64,000 nt of DNA from Ignavibacteriota bacterium (GTDB taxonomy: Bacteria > Bacteroidota > Ignavibacteria > Palsa-1295): contig CAWBEI010000004.1 of assembly GCA_963787835.1 (NCBI GenBank), positions 256,001-320,000 of the forward strand, read 5' to 3'. The notes beneath the pieces were generated by a model. It was not told the DNA's origin. It ran no database searches and was given only the letters and a program-made list of their open reading frames with translations. The translations under genes and the position numbers were made by a program. Of this stretch, positions 1 through 10,312 are shown one piece after another. Positions within the stretch are counted from its first letter, which is position 1. Each line of letters begins with the position of its first letter.

Positions 1-2
1 CC

Positions 3-335
3 CGAGATCCAGGCGACCGATATGCCCAACAGCTTCACGCACATATCCGAACGCAAGAACCATTTCGATTGCTCGATTCACTCATAGTAAGTTCTCTGAT
101 CGAGGCGCGTTCATGCGAGCGATTTCAATTGCTCTCGAGGTCGGTAGCAGATGAGGGCTTGCGATCATTCTATCGCTCATTGCTCGAAAGCGAAGCTCGG
201 CATCGAACGGTTTTTCTTTCGCTTGCCCGGCTTTATTTTCCTCACGATGAAGTTACTAAGAGGCTCGACGAATTAGAAGCGATAGAAGCCGGGATTGTTT
301 CCGAGCTTCAGCACTCACCAGTCATGCACGGATAA
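3..335 (+). CDS. miaE: tRNA-(ms2io6A37) hydroxylase MiaE, 3' part (truncated by window edge)
   Basis: Frame open from position 3 (RDPGDRYAQQLH...LLDSLIVSSLIEARSCERF...ESEARH); IEARSCERF and SEARH are MiaE di-iron motifs. Confidence 0.85.
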   Translation, partial: RDPGDRYAQQLHAHIRTQEPFRLLDSLIVSSLIEARSCERFQLLSRSVADEGLRSFYRSLLESEARHRTVFLSLARLYFPHDEVTKRLDELEAIEAGIVSELQHSPVMHG

Positions 336-368
336 AATTCTTAATTTTTAATTCTTAATTATTAATTG
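336..368. repeat. AT-rich heptamer-type tandem repeat (TTCTTAA-like)
   Basis: AATTCTTAATTTTTAATTCTTAATTATTAATTG fills the miaE-uvrB gap; related copies at 28820, 38981 and 48727. Confidence 0.65.
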
Positions 369-2405
369 TCATTCCAACTCGTATCTGATTATAAACCATC
401 CGGCGATCAGCCGGAAGCTATCGCACAGCTTGTCGAAGCGATTAAGCGCGGCGATCACGCACAGGTGCTGCTTGGCGTAACGGGTTCCGGCAAGACGTTC
501 ACGATGTCGAACGTCATCGCGCAGATCGACCGTCCTACGCTCGTTATTAGTCATAATAAGACGCTTGCTGCACAACTCTTTGGGGAATTTAAGCAATTCT
601 TTCCGAATAACGCGGTTGAGTTTTTCATATCCTATTACGATTATTATCAGCCAGAAGCGTATATCCCGACAACCGACACCTTCATCGAAAAAGATTTTGC
701 AGTTAATGATGAGATAGACCGTCTTCGCCTGAAAGCCACGAGCGCGCTTCTTGATGGCCGTTCGGACGTTATCATTGTTGCATCCGTAAGCTGTATTTAT
801 GGCATTGGCTCGCCGGATGAGTATGCTCGGCAAATGTTGCGCGTCGAGACGGGTCAGGAAGTGAAACGGAACGATCTTCTGCGTGGGCTTGCTGATATTC
901 ATTACTCGCGGAATGATGTAGAATTCCAGCGTGGCACGTTCCGCGTGCGAGGTGATATTGTCGATGTAATCCCTGCGTATGAAGATGAGGAGGGTTACCG
1001 CATTGAATTCTTTGGTGATACCATCGAACGTATCTCAAAGATCAATCGAATCGATGGAAAAATATTGGGTGAGGCAACGAAAGCGACAATCTATCCCGCA
1101 AAGCATTTCGTGACAAGCGCTCCAGAACTGGAACGTGCTATTCTTGCCATAGAACAAGAGCTTGAAGAACAGCTTTCACTCTTTCGTCGTCAAGGGAAAC
1201 TGCTTGAAGCGCAGCGCATCGAGCAGCGCACGCGGTTCGATTTGGAAATGCTGCGGGAACTGGGATATTGCTCCGGTGTGGAAAATTATTCGCGCCATCT
1301 GGCTGGTCGTAAAGCAGGTGAGCGGCCAAGTACGCTCATGGATTATTTTCCAGAGAAATTTTTAACCATTATTGACGAATCCCATCAATCCATTCCGCAA
1401 ATTCGAGGGATGTTTGCAGGAGATCGTGCACGAAAGGAAACCCTTGTAGCACACGGATTCCGTTTGCCGAGTGCGCTGGATAACCGCCCGCTTAATTTTG
1501 GAGAGTTCCAATCGATGGTCGATCAGGTTGTCTATGTCAGCGCCACGCCATCCGAATATGAATTTGCCGAAGCCAAGGGAGTGATCGTGGAGCAGATAAT
1601 TCGTCCAACTGGCTTGCTCGACCCGCGCATTGAAGTTCGACCTGTGAAGAATCAAATTGACGACCTTCTTGCAGAAATTCGAAAGCGCGCGAGAGTTGGG
1701 GAGCGTGTGCTTGTTACCACGCTTACAAAACGGATGGCCGAAGATCTTACCGATTATTATTCGAATGTTGGGGTTCGCATCCGCTATTTGCACAGCGATA
1801 TTGATGCTCTCGAACGAGTTGAAATTCTTCGCGATCTTCGTACGGCAGAATTCGACGTGCTTGTTGGCGTTAATCTTTTGCGTGAAGGTTTGGATCTTCC
1901 GGAGGTTTCGCTTATTGCCATTCTCGATGCCGATAAGGAAGGATTTCTTCGTAGCGAGAAAGCGCTCATGCAGACCGCGGGACGTACGGCGCGTAATGCT
2001 GAAGGACTTGTCATTTTTTACGGGGATAAGATCACCAATTCTATGCAGGCAGTGATAGATGAAACTTCCCGCAGACGAGAGATTCAAAACGCTTATAATG
2101 AAGCTCATGGAATTGTGCCACAAACGATCAGGAAGTCGATGGAGGAAATTTTGCAATCGACTTCTATTGCGGATGTGTCCCACAAGCAGGAAGCTCGCAA
2201 GAATGCAGCAGTAGAGAAACGCGAAGCTAAACGGATGACGCCGCAGGCCGTGCTGAAGCATCTTTCGCCTCCGCAACTCAGCGATCTGATCGAGCAGATG
2301 AAGCTCGAAATGAAGATCGCTGCCAAAGAAATGGATTTCGAAAAAGCTGCCGATATTCGTGACGAAGTACAGGCGCTCGAAAAAGTGCTTGCAACAACAA
2401 AGTAA
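366..2405 (+). CDS. uvrB: Excinuclease ABC subunit B
   Basis: [17 protein letters not shown] Walker [26 protein letters not shown]-terminal UVR domain; TTG start. Confidence 0.98.
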   Translation: MSFQLVSDYKPSGDQPEAIAQLVEAIKRGDHAQVLLGVTGSGKTFTMSNVIAQIDRPTLVISHNKTLAAQLFGEFKQFFPNNAVEFFISYYDYYQPEAYIPTTDTFIEKDFAVNDEIDRLRLKATSALLDGRSDVIIVASVSCIYGIGSPDEYARQMLRVETGQEVKRNDLLRGLADIHYSRNDVEFQRGTFRVRGDIVDVIPAYEDEEGYRIEFFGDTIERISKINRIDGKILGEATKATIYPAKHFVTSAPELERAILAIEQELEEQLSLFRRQGKLLEAQRIEQRTRFDLEMLRELGYCSGVENYSRHLAGRKAGERPSTLMDYFPEKFLTIIDESHQSIPQIRGMFAGDRARKETLVAHGFRLPSALDNRPLNFGEFQSMVDQVVYVSATPSEYEFAEAKGVIVEQIIRPTGLLDPRIEVRPVKNQIDDLLAEIRKRARVGERVLVTTLTKRMAEDLTDYYSNVGVRIRYLHSDIDALERVEILRDLRTAEFDVLVGVNLLREGLDLPEVSLIAILDADKEGFLRSEKALMQTAGRTARNAEGLVIFYGDKITNSMQAVIDETSRRREIQNAYNEAHGIVPQTIRKSMEEILQSTSIADVSHKQEARKNAAVEKREAKRMTPQAVLKHLSPPQLSDLIEQMKLEMKIAAKEMDFEKAADIRDEVQALEKVLATTK

Positions 2406-3097
2406 TGTTCAGTCTTTTTCCTCCAGAGAAGTGTCTTCATTGCGAGCAGCCTTCGGCTCACTCGCGCAACCGTAAGTTGATAGAGCCGCTTTCGCATTAT
2501 CTTTGTGATGTCTGTCTGCGAATTCTAAATAATCAGGATGCACCACAGGAACGAATGATTCGCGATGAATTCGGTCAGCTTGGCACTGGCATCGAGTTCG
2601 CCCATACGTTGGCCGCGTACATTTTCGTGGCTGAATCTCCGTTGCAATCAGTCGTCCATGCAATGAAATACGATAGCATGTCCCGGCTCGCCGCACACTT
2701 AGGCAGATCATTGTCCTATCTTGTACCCAAAGAGACAAACGTGATAATTCCGGTTCCATTACATCGTACTCGGCTTGCTGAACGAGGATTTAATCAGGCT
2801 GAAATTATGGCAAAAGCAATATCATCGCAATCGAATACTGCCGTTGTTAAGGCGATCAAGCGGGTAAGGCCGACGCCATCCCAAACCCATCTCTCTGTGT
2901 CCGAGCGAATCGAAAATATGCGCGGAGCATTCTCACTCAGCCGACATGCTTCTGAAATGAAAGGCAAAAACGTTCTGATCGTCGATGATGTAATGACAAC
3001 GGGTTCCACGCTTGCTAGCGTTGCAGAAACTTTGCTCGAAGCAAAGCCGAGATCTATCAGCACGCTGGCGCTTGCCATCGCAGCGCCAACAACCTGA
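2405..3097 (+). CDS. ComF family phosphoribosyltransferase-like protein
   Basis: N-terminal CxxC..CxxC, PVPLH..R..ERGFNQ, LIVDDVMTTGST PRPP loop. Confidence 0.92.
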   Translation: MFSLFPPEKCLHCEQPSAHSRNRKLIEPLSHYLCDVCLRILNNQDAPQERMIRDEFGQLGTGIEFAHTLAAYIFVAESPLQSVVHAMKYDSMSRLAAHLGRSLSYLVPKETNVIIPVPLHRTRLAERGFNQAEIMAKAISSQSNTAVVKAIKRVRPTPSQTHLSVSERIENMRGAFSLSRHASEMKGKNVLIVDDVMTTGSTLASVAETLLEAKPRSISTLALAIAAPTT

Positions 3098-3101
3098 TAG
3101 G

Positions 3102-4904
3102 TCACGCCGCGCGTGCCATCTCCTGCTCTTTGTATTGCAATTCGTAAAGTGTTCGGTAAATACCCCCATGCTTTAACAATTCATCGTGGGTTCCTTGCTC
3201 GCGGATCTCGCCGTGATGCATGACGATAATATTATCCGCTTTCTGAATCGTCGAAAGGCGGTGGGCAATAACGATCGAGGTTCTTCCAACCAGCAGCTTT
3301 TCGATCGCGCGCTGGATCATTTGCTCCGATTCAGTGTCAATGCTCGATGTGGCCTCGTCCAGAATGAGAATACTTGGGTCGTACGCCAGTGCACGTGCGA
3401 ATGAAATAAGCTGCTTCTCACCAACAGAAAGAATTGCGCCGCGCTCCTTCACTTGAGATTCAAATCCATTCTGTAAGCGTGAAATAAAACCATCCGCGCC
3501 AACGAAGGTCGCTGCATCCCGAATCTTCTCCTGCGAAATATTCTCGTTCCCGAGACTGATATTCGTCGCAACGTCGGCGCTGAAAAGGAAAACGTCCTGC
3601 AATACGATGGCGGTGTTCTGTCGAAGTTCCTGGGGATCGAGCTTCCTAATATCTATGCCATCGATAAGGATCTCGCCGCGCTGGAATTCATAGAGCCGTG
3701 TCACTAAATTCGTGATCGAAGATTTTCCAGCGCCTGTTGCGCCAACGAACGCGACCGTCTGTCCGGGCATAACGTGGAAGGAAATATCTTTCAATACATA
3801 ATCTTCGTCATTATACGCGAACCAGACATTGCGGAACTCTATTTCGCCGCGTAGCCGTCCTGAAGCGATCGCAGTTTCGGGAACTGCCAGAACGCTATCA
3901 TCATCGAGCAGGCGGAAAATGCGTTCGCTGGCAGCCATAGCGGATTGCAGGATATTATACTTATCCGCAAGATCGCGAATGGGGCGGAAGAACTGCTCGG
4001 TGTATTGATAAAATGCAATGAGCGTTCCCACCGTTACTCCGGCAGTGAGCGCGAGCTTTTTATCTCCCAGCACCAGTGTGCCGCCATACCACACAATGAG
4101 CGCGGTTGCGATGGAAGAAAGAAATTCGACCGCTGGATAGAACACCGCATAATAAAATACGCTTCGGATATTCGCATCCGCTGTCTCATGATTGATCTTA
4201 TCGAATTGCCGGTACGTCGCAGCCTCTGCGCCGAATAGTTGAACGGTTATCATTCCCGATACATGCTCATTAAGGAATGAATTCACTCGTGCCAGTAATC
4301 TTCGAACTTCACGGTACGATTCTCTCGCTTTTTTTCGAAAGATCGCTGTCGCGATCATCAGGAACGGAAAGACCGTCAGCACGATCAGAGAAAGTTTCCA
4401 ACTGATCGCGAACATGAAGATAAAGATCCATAGCACGACAAATATATCTGCCACGATCATGATGATGCCGGAGCTGAACAACTCGTTCAGCACTTCCACA
4501 TCGTTCGTGATGCGCGTAATGAGCCGGCCTACCGGATTGCGGTCGAAGAACCGCATCGAAAGCTGCTGCAAATGCGCGAAAAGTTCTCGCCGCAGATCGT
4601 ACACCGTCTGCTGGCCGATCCAGGTCGTGAGCAGCGTTTGGGCGTAAAGGATGAACGATTGCAGCACCAGCGTTCCTACGATCGCGGCAACGATGAGCGT
4701 CAGCCCACCGAAATCGTTTTTCATAATGTAATTGTCGATCGCATACATCGTGAGCAGCGGGCGCAGCGGACCCAGCGCCGAAACGACAACCGTTATAAAA
4801 ACCGCAAGCACGACCTTCCACTTATACGGCGCAAGGTATTTCACCAATCGCCGCATCAGCCGCGCATCGTACGCTTTTCCTAAGATCTCTTCTTCGTGTG
4901 GCAT
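3102..4904 (-). CDS. ABC exporter, fused permease/ATP-binding protein
   Basis: N-terminal TM domain, GATGAGKS Walker A, LSVGEKQ signature, LILDEATS, IAHRLST. Confidence 0.95.
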   Translation of the reverse strand: MPHEEEILGKAYDARLMRRLVKYLAPYKWKVVLAVFITVVVSALGPLRPLLTMYAIDNYIMKNDFGGLTLIVAAIVGTLVLQSFILYAQTLLTTWIGQQTVYDLRRELFAHLQQLSMRFFDRNPVGRLITRITNDVEVLNELFSSGIIMIVADIFVVLWIFIFMFAISWKLSLIVLTVFPFLMIATAIFRKKARESYREVRRLLARVNSFLNEHVSGMITVQLFGAEAATYRQFDKINHETADANIRSVFYYAVFYPAVEFLSSIATALIVWYGGTLVLGDKKLALTAGVTVGTLIAFYQYTEQFFRPIRDLADKYNILQSAMAASERIFRLLDDDSVLAVPETAIASGRLRGEIEFRNVWFAYNDEDYVLKDISFHVMPGQTVAFVGATGAGKSSITNLVTRLYEFQRGEILIDGIDIRKLDPQELRQNTAIVLQDVFLFSADVATNISLGNENISQEKIRDAATFVGADGFISRLQNGFESQVKERGAILSVGEKQLISFARALAYDPSILILDEATSSIDTESEQMIQRAIEKLLVGRTSIVIAHRLSTIQKADNIIVMHHGEIREQGTHDELLKHGGIYRTLYELQYKEQEMARAA

Positions 4905-5204
4905 GAAATGTAACCAACGATAAAGGCGTCCTTTTTGTCTCTTAGCAGCATGATGTCATTACAACGTCGAAGTAATGACAATATGATACCCACCCTGTAT
5001 TCGATTCCAGCCCACTTTCGTCCGTTGTGTCTTATGGAAATAGGTGCCCGTTAAACGCAATTGAATTGTCATTTAATGAACTATATTTCACTTTGTGTCA
5101 ATTATTCATTAACTTCCGTGTGAAAATTAATGCGCCCCCAATTTTCAATGAACATGACACCCCCACAATTCCTACAGACACTTGGTGCCTATAGTCACAC
5201 TCTC

Positions 5205-5233
5205 AATATACGGCGGGAATTTCAGGAAGTCAA
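5205..5233 (-). promoter_or_regulatory. Sigma70-like promoter TTGACT-N17-TATATT
   Basis: Minus strand TTGACT (5233-5228), 17-nt spacer, TATATT (5210-5205); points toward the ABC exporter ~300 nt away. Confidence 0.5.
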
Positions 5234-5268
5234 GCGATTCCTGAAAATAATTGAAAATAAACAACCTT

Positions 5269-5343
5269 GTAGCGCAGGCGTCCTCGCCTGTCCCCGGGTT
5301 GCATGTGTGCCGTGATGGGGATCGGCTTGGACGCCGGCGCTAC
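5269..5343. repeat. GTAG-type REP-like element (degenerate doublet)
   Basis: GTAGCGCAGGCGTCCTCGCCTG ... GACGCCGGCGCTAC: GTAG head followed by a hairpin, with CTAC at the other end. Confidence 0.55.
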
Positions 5344-5387
5344 TTAAATCTCAGTTTTGATATGGATGCAAATGAGCAAACAAGCAG

Positions 5388-7466
5388 CTATTGCAAATGC
5401 ACTAAACTAATTCGGTGGGTTTGGCCGCCCATATTTACCACGCACTCATACATTCCATTGGGCAAGCTTGGAGGCATGTCCCACACGAAGGAATGCTCGC
5501 CCGTAGCGAGCTCGCCCGTGAACAGTCGCGCCACTTGGCACCCAAGAAGATTCACAATGGTTACCTCGGCATAGCCTTCATTTTGGTTGGTAAAAGTAAT
5601 TGTTGCTTGCGATGAGAAGGGATTGGGGTAGGATTGAATTTCATTTGCAATTGGGGGAGCGGCAGTAACGGAACTCAGTGAAATTATTTCGGAAAGCGGA
5701 CGGCGCCATACACCATTTCGGTCTACACCCACATAAACGTTGCTGTCGCTAATGGCAACCGAAAGAACCCCTTGGTATGGGAGTCCTTTCCCAACTTCAG
5801 ACCAACTGACCCCTTCATTCATTGAAACTGCGATGCTACCATACATTCCGGCGAATAAAATGCCGCTATTGGAATATAGAATATTGACGTGGGAGGGAGT
5901 GCGCATTGCCTGAGTCCAAGTCGAGCCGTTATCATACGTTCGAAAGATTTGTCCTCCACTATCATCGCAATCCTTAGCAACATAAACGGCACTATCGGAT
6001 GAGGCAAATGCCATGGGGAATATAACATCACCACCTAACGGTATCCAATCGGGCGGTGTTGTTTGAGGCCATGCAGCACCGTCAGTCGTTGAAAGATACA
6101 TCAGTCCGGAAGCAAATTCTCCAGCAAAAAAATCGTGATAGTGAGCGCCAAGTAATGAGGCTGGACAATTCGTCAGCGTCCAGCTTGCTCCTGTGTCTGT
6201 GGAAGCGAATACTCCATTTTGAGTTTCAACTAATAAAGTCAAACCGTTTCCGGCGAGATTATAACCCTCCACGCCCGATAATCCATTGTTGGTAGCAATC
6301 CATGTCGTGCCGGTGTCGCTTGACCGGCAGACACCGCTATCTTGAGACGCTGCAAAAATATTATTTCCCATTCTGGCAATCTCGCTGACGCCACGAATGC
6401 AACACTCTTGCCAATGATTCCCGCTGTCATCCGAAAATGACATCATGCCAGCCTGGCCGGTAAGAATTCGATTGCCCATTGTCGAAATGGCATACACAGA
6501 AGCATTCGCTGGAAGACCAGAATTAGCTTCCTCCCAATTCAAGGCTCCCGAGTCAAGCCGATGAACACCTGTGTTCTGTGTTCCGGCGAACAAATTCGGT
6601 CCACTAGCAACAATCGCAATAACATTCTTATCCAGCAGGCCATCATTCGCTTGTTCCCAACCAGTTGGCAAGGTCTTTCGGTAGATACCCGAAGTTGGAA
6701 GTACCGCATAAAGCACACCTCCTACCATTACAATTTGTTGGATGTACGATGCACTTGGACTATTATCGGGAGTCCAATTCTCTCCATTGTCTGTAGAGCG
6801 AAGAATTCCGGCAGGACTCGTCGCATAAAAAATGGAGCCATCGAGGACAAGAGAATTGATTTCAAAGAAGGAACCCGAAGCACCTGTGTTTTTTTCGTTC
6901 CATGTGTTACCAAAGTCGGTCGAACAAAATATCCCGCTGGTGGTACCCACGTAAAGCGTATCACCACGGGCGGCGAACGAACGGACAGAGAGTGAGTCAT
7001 TGAGAAGATTCCAATGGCGACCTGAATCGTCGGATCGCAAAAGACCCTTGTCGCTCACCGCAAATATATGCGCCCCAAGAACAAAGAGATTTGAAACAGA
7101 TTCTGTTTGTACTCTCGAAGCGGGTGGATTCCAACTTTTCCCCCTGTCAAATGAATAGAAAATGCCCCCACTCCAAAAGGCAGCACACACATTGGAACCG
7201 CTCGCTGCGATGGCGCTCACAAAATCGTTTTTTGGGAGACCAGAATTGGAATATAACCAATGGAGACCTTGATCGTTCGAATAATAGATTCCAGAGTGAT
7301 CACTGTCGGAGTACTTCATTGCTGCGAATAGGTAATCATTTGCCGCAGCAATACAACTGACTTCAGCGCCAAACGGTCCATTCGTTTGCACCCACTGCGC
7401 GCGGGAGAGATCGCTTTGTGCGGCGAGGAGAATGACGAGACCGGTGATTGCAACAATTCGCTTCAT
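5388..7466 (-). CDS. Secreted BNR/Asp-box beta-propeller protein with T9SS C-terminal sorting domain
   Basis: Signal peptide, many SxDxGxxW Asp-boxes, C-terminal YPNPF...IVNLLG...GMY CTD; paralog of 41865..43985. Confidence 0.88.
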   Translation of the reverse strand: MKRIVAITGLVILLAAQSDLSRAQWVQTNGPFGAEVSCIAAANDYLFAAMKYSDSDHSGIYYSNDQGLHWLYSNSGLPKNDFVSAIAASGSNVCAAFWSGGIFYSFDRGKSWNPPASRVQTESVSNLFVLGAHIFAVSDKGLLRSDDSGRHWNLLNDSLSVRSFAARGDTLYVGTTSGIFCSTDFGNTWNEKNTGASGSFFEINSLVLDGSIFYATSPAGILRSTDNGENWTPDNSPSASYIQQIVMVGGVLYAVLPTSGIYRKTLPTGWEQANDGLLDKNVIAIVASGPNLFAGTQNTGVHRLDSGALNWEEANSGLPANASVYAISTMGNRILTGQAGMMSFSDDSGNHWQECCIRGVSEIARMGNNIFAASQDSGVCRSSDTGTTWIATNNGLSGVEGYNLAGNGLTLLVETQNGVFASTDTGASWTLTNCPASLLGAHYHDFFAGEFASGLMYLSTTDGAAWPQTTPPDWIPLGGDVIFPMAFASSDSAVYVAKDCDDSGGQIFRTYDNGSTWTQAMRTPSHVNILYSNSGILFAGMYGSIAVSMNEGVSWSEVGKGLPYQGVLSVAISDSNVYVGVDRNGVWRRPLSEIISLSSVTAAPPIANEIQSYPNPFSSQATITFTNQNEGYAEVTIVNLLGCQVARLFTGELATGEHSFVWDMPPSLPNGMYECVVNMGGQTHRISLVHLQ

Positions 7467-7568
7467 AAGCGTGATTATTTAGACATAATGGGAATACCAA
7501 CCCAGAATGAAAAGTGCCCGGATATTTAAGGCGTAAATTCTTTCCTGGCTTATTTTGTTTATCAATTT

Positions 7569-7793
7569 ATGAGCTATCGAGACCGAATTACCATCAACCC
7601 GAAGCAGCGTGGTGGGCAGCCGTGCATTCGCGGTCTGCGTATCACTGTTTACGATATTCTCGAATACCTTGCATCGGATATGACCCGTGATGAGATTCTC
7701 AGGGATTTCCCTTATCTGGAATCAGAGGATATTACTGCGGCACTAATGTATGCTGCGGATCGTGAGAAGCACATGCTTGTTCGTGCAGCATAA
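7569..7793 (+). CDS. DUF433 family antitoxin
   Basis: RITINP...GGQPCIRGLRITVYDILEYLA...EILRDFPYL..EDI.AAL.YAA. Confidence 0.93.
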   Translation: MSYRDRITINPKQRGGQPCIRGLRITVYDILEYLASDMTRDEILRDFPYLESEDITAALMYAADREKHMLVRAA

Positions 7794-7805
7794 CCTGTTG
7801 TTTCG

Positions 7806-8141
7806 ATGAAGCTTCTTTTCGATGCCAACCTTTCGCCTCGACTTGTGAGCTTGCTTGGCGATCTTTTCCCTCGTTCCACGCATGTGGAAGACTTCGCCAA
7901 TTTAGATGCGGATGACGATGAGGTATGGAACTATGCACTTCAAAATGGCTTTGTGATCGTCACAAAAGACGCTGATTTCGACACCATGAGTAGGCTTGCC
8001 ATATATTCTCCAAAAATTGTATGGATTCGCCGAGGGAATTGTTCAACATCCATTATAGAGCACATTCTTCGCACGAATTTCGATAGTGTTTCCGCGCTGT
8101 GTGAAGAAGGTAGTGAGCTTTCCGTGCTTATTCTGTATTGA
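7806..8141 (+). CDS. DUF5615 family PIN-like toxin
   Basis: MKLLFDANLSP, DDDEVWNYA, IVTKDADF, PKIVWIRRGN; immediately follows DUF433. Confidence 0.92.
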   Translation: MKLLFDANLSPRLVSLLGDLFPRSTHVEDFANLDADDDEVWNYALQNGFVIVTKDADFDTMSRLAIYSPKIVWIRRGNCSTSIIEHILRTNFDSVSALCEEGSELSVLILY

Positions 8142-8153
8142 TGATTTTATAGC

Positions 8154-8924
8154 TCAATAACGCCTGCGTTCGTATTCCGCTTCCAGCGCCGTAAGCTGCT
8201 CTTTCGTATTCACGCCGCTTACCTCGATGGGATCGTTAGTGCTAACAACGGCAACAGCATCGGGACCGAACTGCTCGATAATGAGCTTGAAGGTATCGGT
8301 GAGGTAATACTCGCCCTGTGCGTTCTTGCGGTCGATGCGCTTTAGGACATCGAAGAGCACGTTGGCATCGAAAACATAGATCCCGCTATTGATCTCGTTG
8401 ATCGATTGCTCTTCGGGAGTGGCGTCTTTTTGCTCTACGATCTTTTCAAGATTTCCTGTATTTGTTCGGATGATCCTGCCATAGCCTGTTGGATCGGGCA
8501 AAAGAACGGAAAGAACGGACGCGACGACATTCTTGGAACGATGTTCCTGAATGAGGCGAGAAGCGGTTCCGGCTGTTAGCAGGGGAACATCGCCGGAAAG
8601 GATGAGTACATCGCCATCGAATCCGGCAAGTTGCTGTTCGGCTTGCTGAACGGCGTGGCCGGTTCCAAGCTGCTCCTCTTGAATTGCTATTCTCGCGTCG
8701 GGAAATTTTTCGGATAAATAAGCAGAAACGGCATCGCGCCCATAGCCGATAATGCAAATGATTGGGAACGCTTTAACCTGTTCGCAGAGACGAACGACAT
8801 GCCCGAGCATTGGCTCGCCGCCGATCGGATAGAGAACTTTTGGAAGTGTGGGATCTTGCATCCGCTTGCCCTGACCGGCAGCCATGATGACAGATGCGAG
8901 GGGACGAATATTGGGGGAAATCAC
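8154..8924 (-). CDS. Sugar-phosphate nucleotidyltransferase (GlmU N-terminal domain only)
   Basis: MAAGQGKRM, PKVL, QLGTGHAV, SGDVPLL, PTGYGRI, EINSGIY, NAQGEYYLTD; no hexapeptide acetyltransferase domain. Confidence 0.9.
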   Translation of the reverse strand: MISPNIRPLASVIMAAGQGKRMQDPTLPKVLYPIGGEPMLGHVVRLCEQVKAFPIICIIGYGRDAVSAYLSEKFPDARIAIQEEQLGTGHAVQQAEQQLAGFDGDVLILSGDVPLLTAGTASRLIQEHRSKNVVASVLSVLLPDPTGYGRIIRTNTGNLEKIVEQKDATPEEQSINEINSGIYVFDANVLFDVLKRIDRKNAQGEYYLTDTFKLIIEQFGPDAVAVVSTNDPIEVSGVNTKEQLTALEAEYERRRY

Positions 8925-8956
8925 TTAGTCTCTTAGGCTTAGAACTGGTATTAAAT

Positions 8957-9038
8957 TGTCATTCCCGCGAAAGCGGGAATCCAGACTTCAAGTTGCTACG
9001 AAACCCGAATTTGGATTCCCGCTTTCGCGGGAATGACA
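8957..9038. repeat. Palindromic element GTCATTCCCGCGAAAGCGGGAATCCA...TGGATTCCCGCTTTCGCGGGAATGAC (dRS3/RPE-like), copy 1
   Basis: Perfect 27-bp terminal inverted repeats, each containing ATTCCC-N8-GGGAAT; identical arms at 39982 and 40873. Confidence 0.9.
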
Positions 9039-9058
9039 TGTAAAAAATCGCGTGATAC

Positions 9059-9448
9059 TTAATTGATCCTCGAAAACGCCGGAGTGTTATCCGTTATTTT
9101 CTTGATGCGATTGGCTTTATCGACCTGCACAATCGTGGGTCGATGATAACGGAGTTCCTCAACGTCTTCATATTCACCGTAGGTGATGATGATAACCTCA
9201 TCGCCGATAGCTCCGCGCCGCGCGGCCGCGCCATTCAGGCACACCACTCCGGAACCCGCAGGACCTTCAATGAGATAGGTCTCGAAACGCTCGCCATTAT
9301 TGTTGTTCACAACGGCGACTTTTTCAAACGGCAGCATATCGGCAGCGCGCATTAGGTCGGCATCGAGCGTGAGCGAGCCTTCATAATAAAGCTCCGCCTG
9401 CGTGACGGTCGCACGATGGATCTTCGATTTGAAAAGGATGCGTTTCAT
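9059..9448 (-). CDS. panD: Aspartate 1-decarboxylase
   Basis: KSKIHRATVT, YEGS autocleavage site, NGERFETY, CLNGAAAR. Confidence 0.97.
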   Translation of the reverse strand: MKRILFKSKIHRATVTQAELYYEGSLTLDADLMRAADMLPFEKVAVVNNNNGERFETYLIEGPAGSGVVCLNGAAARRGAIGDEVIIITYGEYEDVEELRYHRPTIVQVDKANRIKKITDNTPAFSRIN

Positions 9449-9454
9449 GTTTGC

Positions 9455-10312
9455 CTAGATCTGGAGATTGTCTATCAGGCGCGTGGCCCCGATATGTGCC
9501 GCAATAATGATGATCGCGGATGAATTAGTGCCTTCTTTCGCCTCAAACGAGGTCGCTGGTTGAAATGTTTCGGAATCGACGATATCGAGGTAATCGAGCG
9601 CACCATGTGGCGCTAAACGCTCAAATTCAGCGATTCCAGAGGAAATTGCTTTGGAAATATCGCCTGTGTTCCGCATGAGATCCCTCGCCTGGAAAAGCGC
9701 CTTAGAAAGTGCGAGCGCTTCTTTTCTTTCTGAAGCTGAGAGATACCGATTGCGTGAACTGAGTGCGAGCCCATCGCCATCCCGAATCGTGGCTCCGGCA
9801 ATAATTTCAACAGGGAATGACAGGTCGGTGACGAGTTTTCGGATAACCGCGACTTGCTGTGCGTCCTTTTGCCCGAAGTACGCCGTTTGCGGTTGCACAA
9901 TATTGAAAAGGATCGAAACAACGGTTGCCACGCCATCGAAATGCCCTGGTCGCCGTGCGCCTTCGTATAGATTTGTGATCCCATCAAGATGAATTGATGT
10001 GGCATGTCCCTTTGGGTAAATTTGATCGACCGTTGGTATAAACAGGAACTCAACTTCTGCTTCAACAAGCATACTCGCATCGGCTTCGAGCGTTCGCGGA
10101 TATTTCTCAAAATCTTCCGATGGCCCGAACTGCGTAGGGTTTACAAAAATGCTGACGACCGTTACATCCATTTGCTGTTTCGACATGCGTACCAGCGAAA
10201 GGTGTCCCTCGTGCAACGCACCCATAGTGGGAACGAAGCCGATGCTCTTGCCTTGCTCGCGCTGAAGTGCAAGCGCGCGGCGAAGTTCGGAGAACGTAGT
10301 GATCGTTCGCAT
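9455..10312 (-). CDS. panC: Pantoate--beta-alanine ligase
   Basis: GFVPTMGALHEGH, SIFVNPTQF, RPGHFDGV, FGQKDAQQ, GLALSSRN, RLIDN. Confidence 0.97.
   Translation of the reverse strand: MRTITTFSELRRALALQREQGKSIGFVPTMGALHEGHLSLVRMSKQQMDVTVVSIFVNPTQFGPSEDFEKYPRTLEADASMLVEAEVEFLFIPTVDQIYPKGHATSIHLDGITNLYEGARRPGHFDGVATVVSILFNIVQPQTAYFGQKDAQQVAVIRKLVTDLSFPVEIIAGATIRDGDGLALSSRNRYLSASERKEALALSKALFQARDLMRNTGDISKAISSGIAEFERLAPHGALDYLDIVDSETFQPATSFEAKEGTNSSAIIIIAAHIGATRLIDNLQI

Noticed and set aside
7569-8141. DUF433/DUF5615 pair and the Uma2 gene (12807..13355) as a novel defence system
   Set aside because: These are common, well-described solitary modules and are not clustered with other defence genes here.
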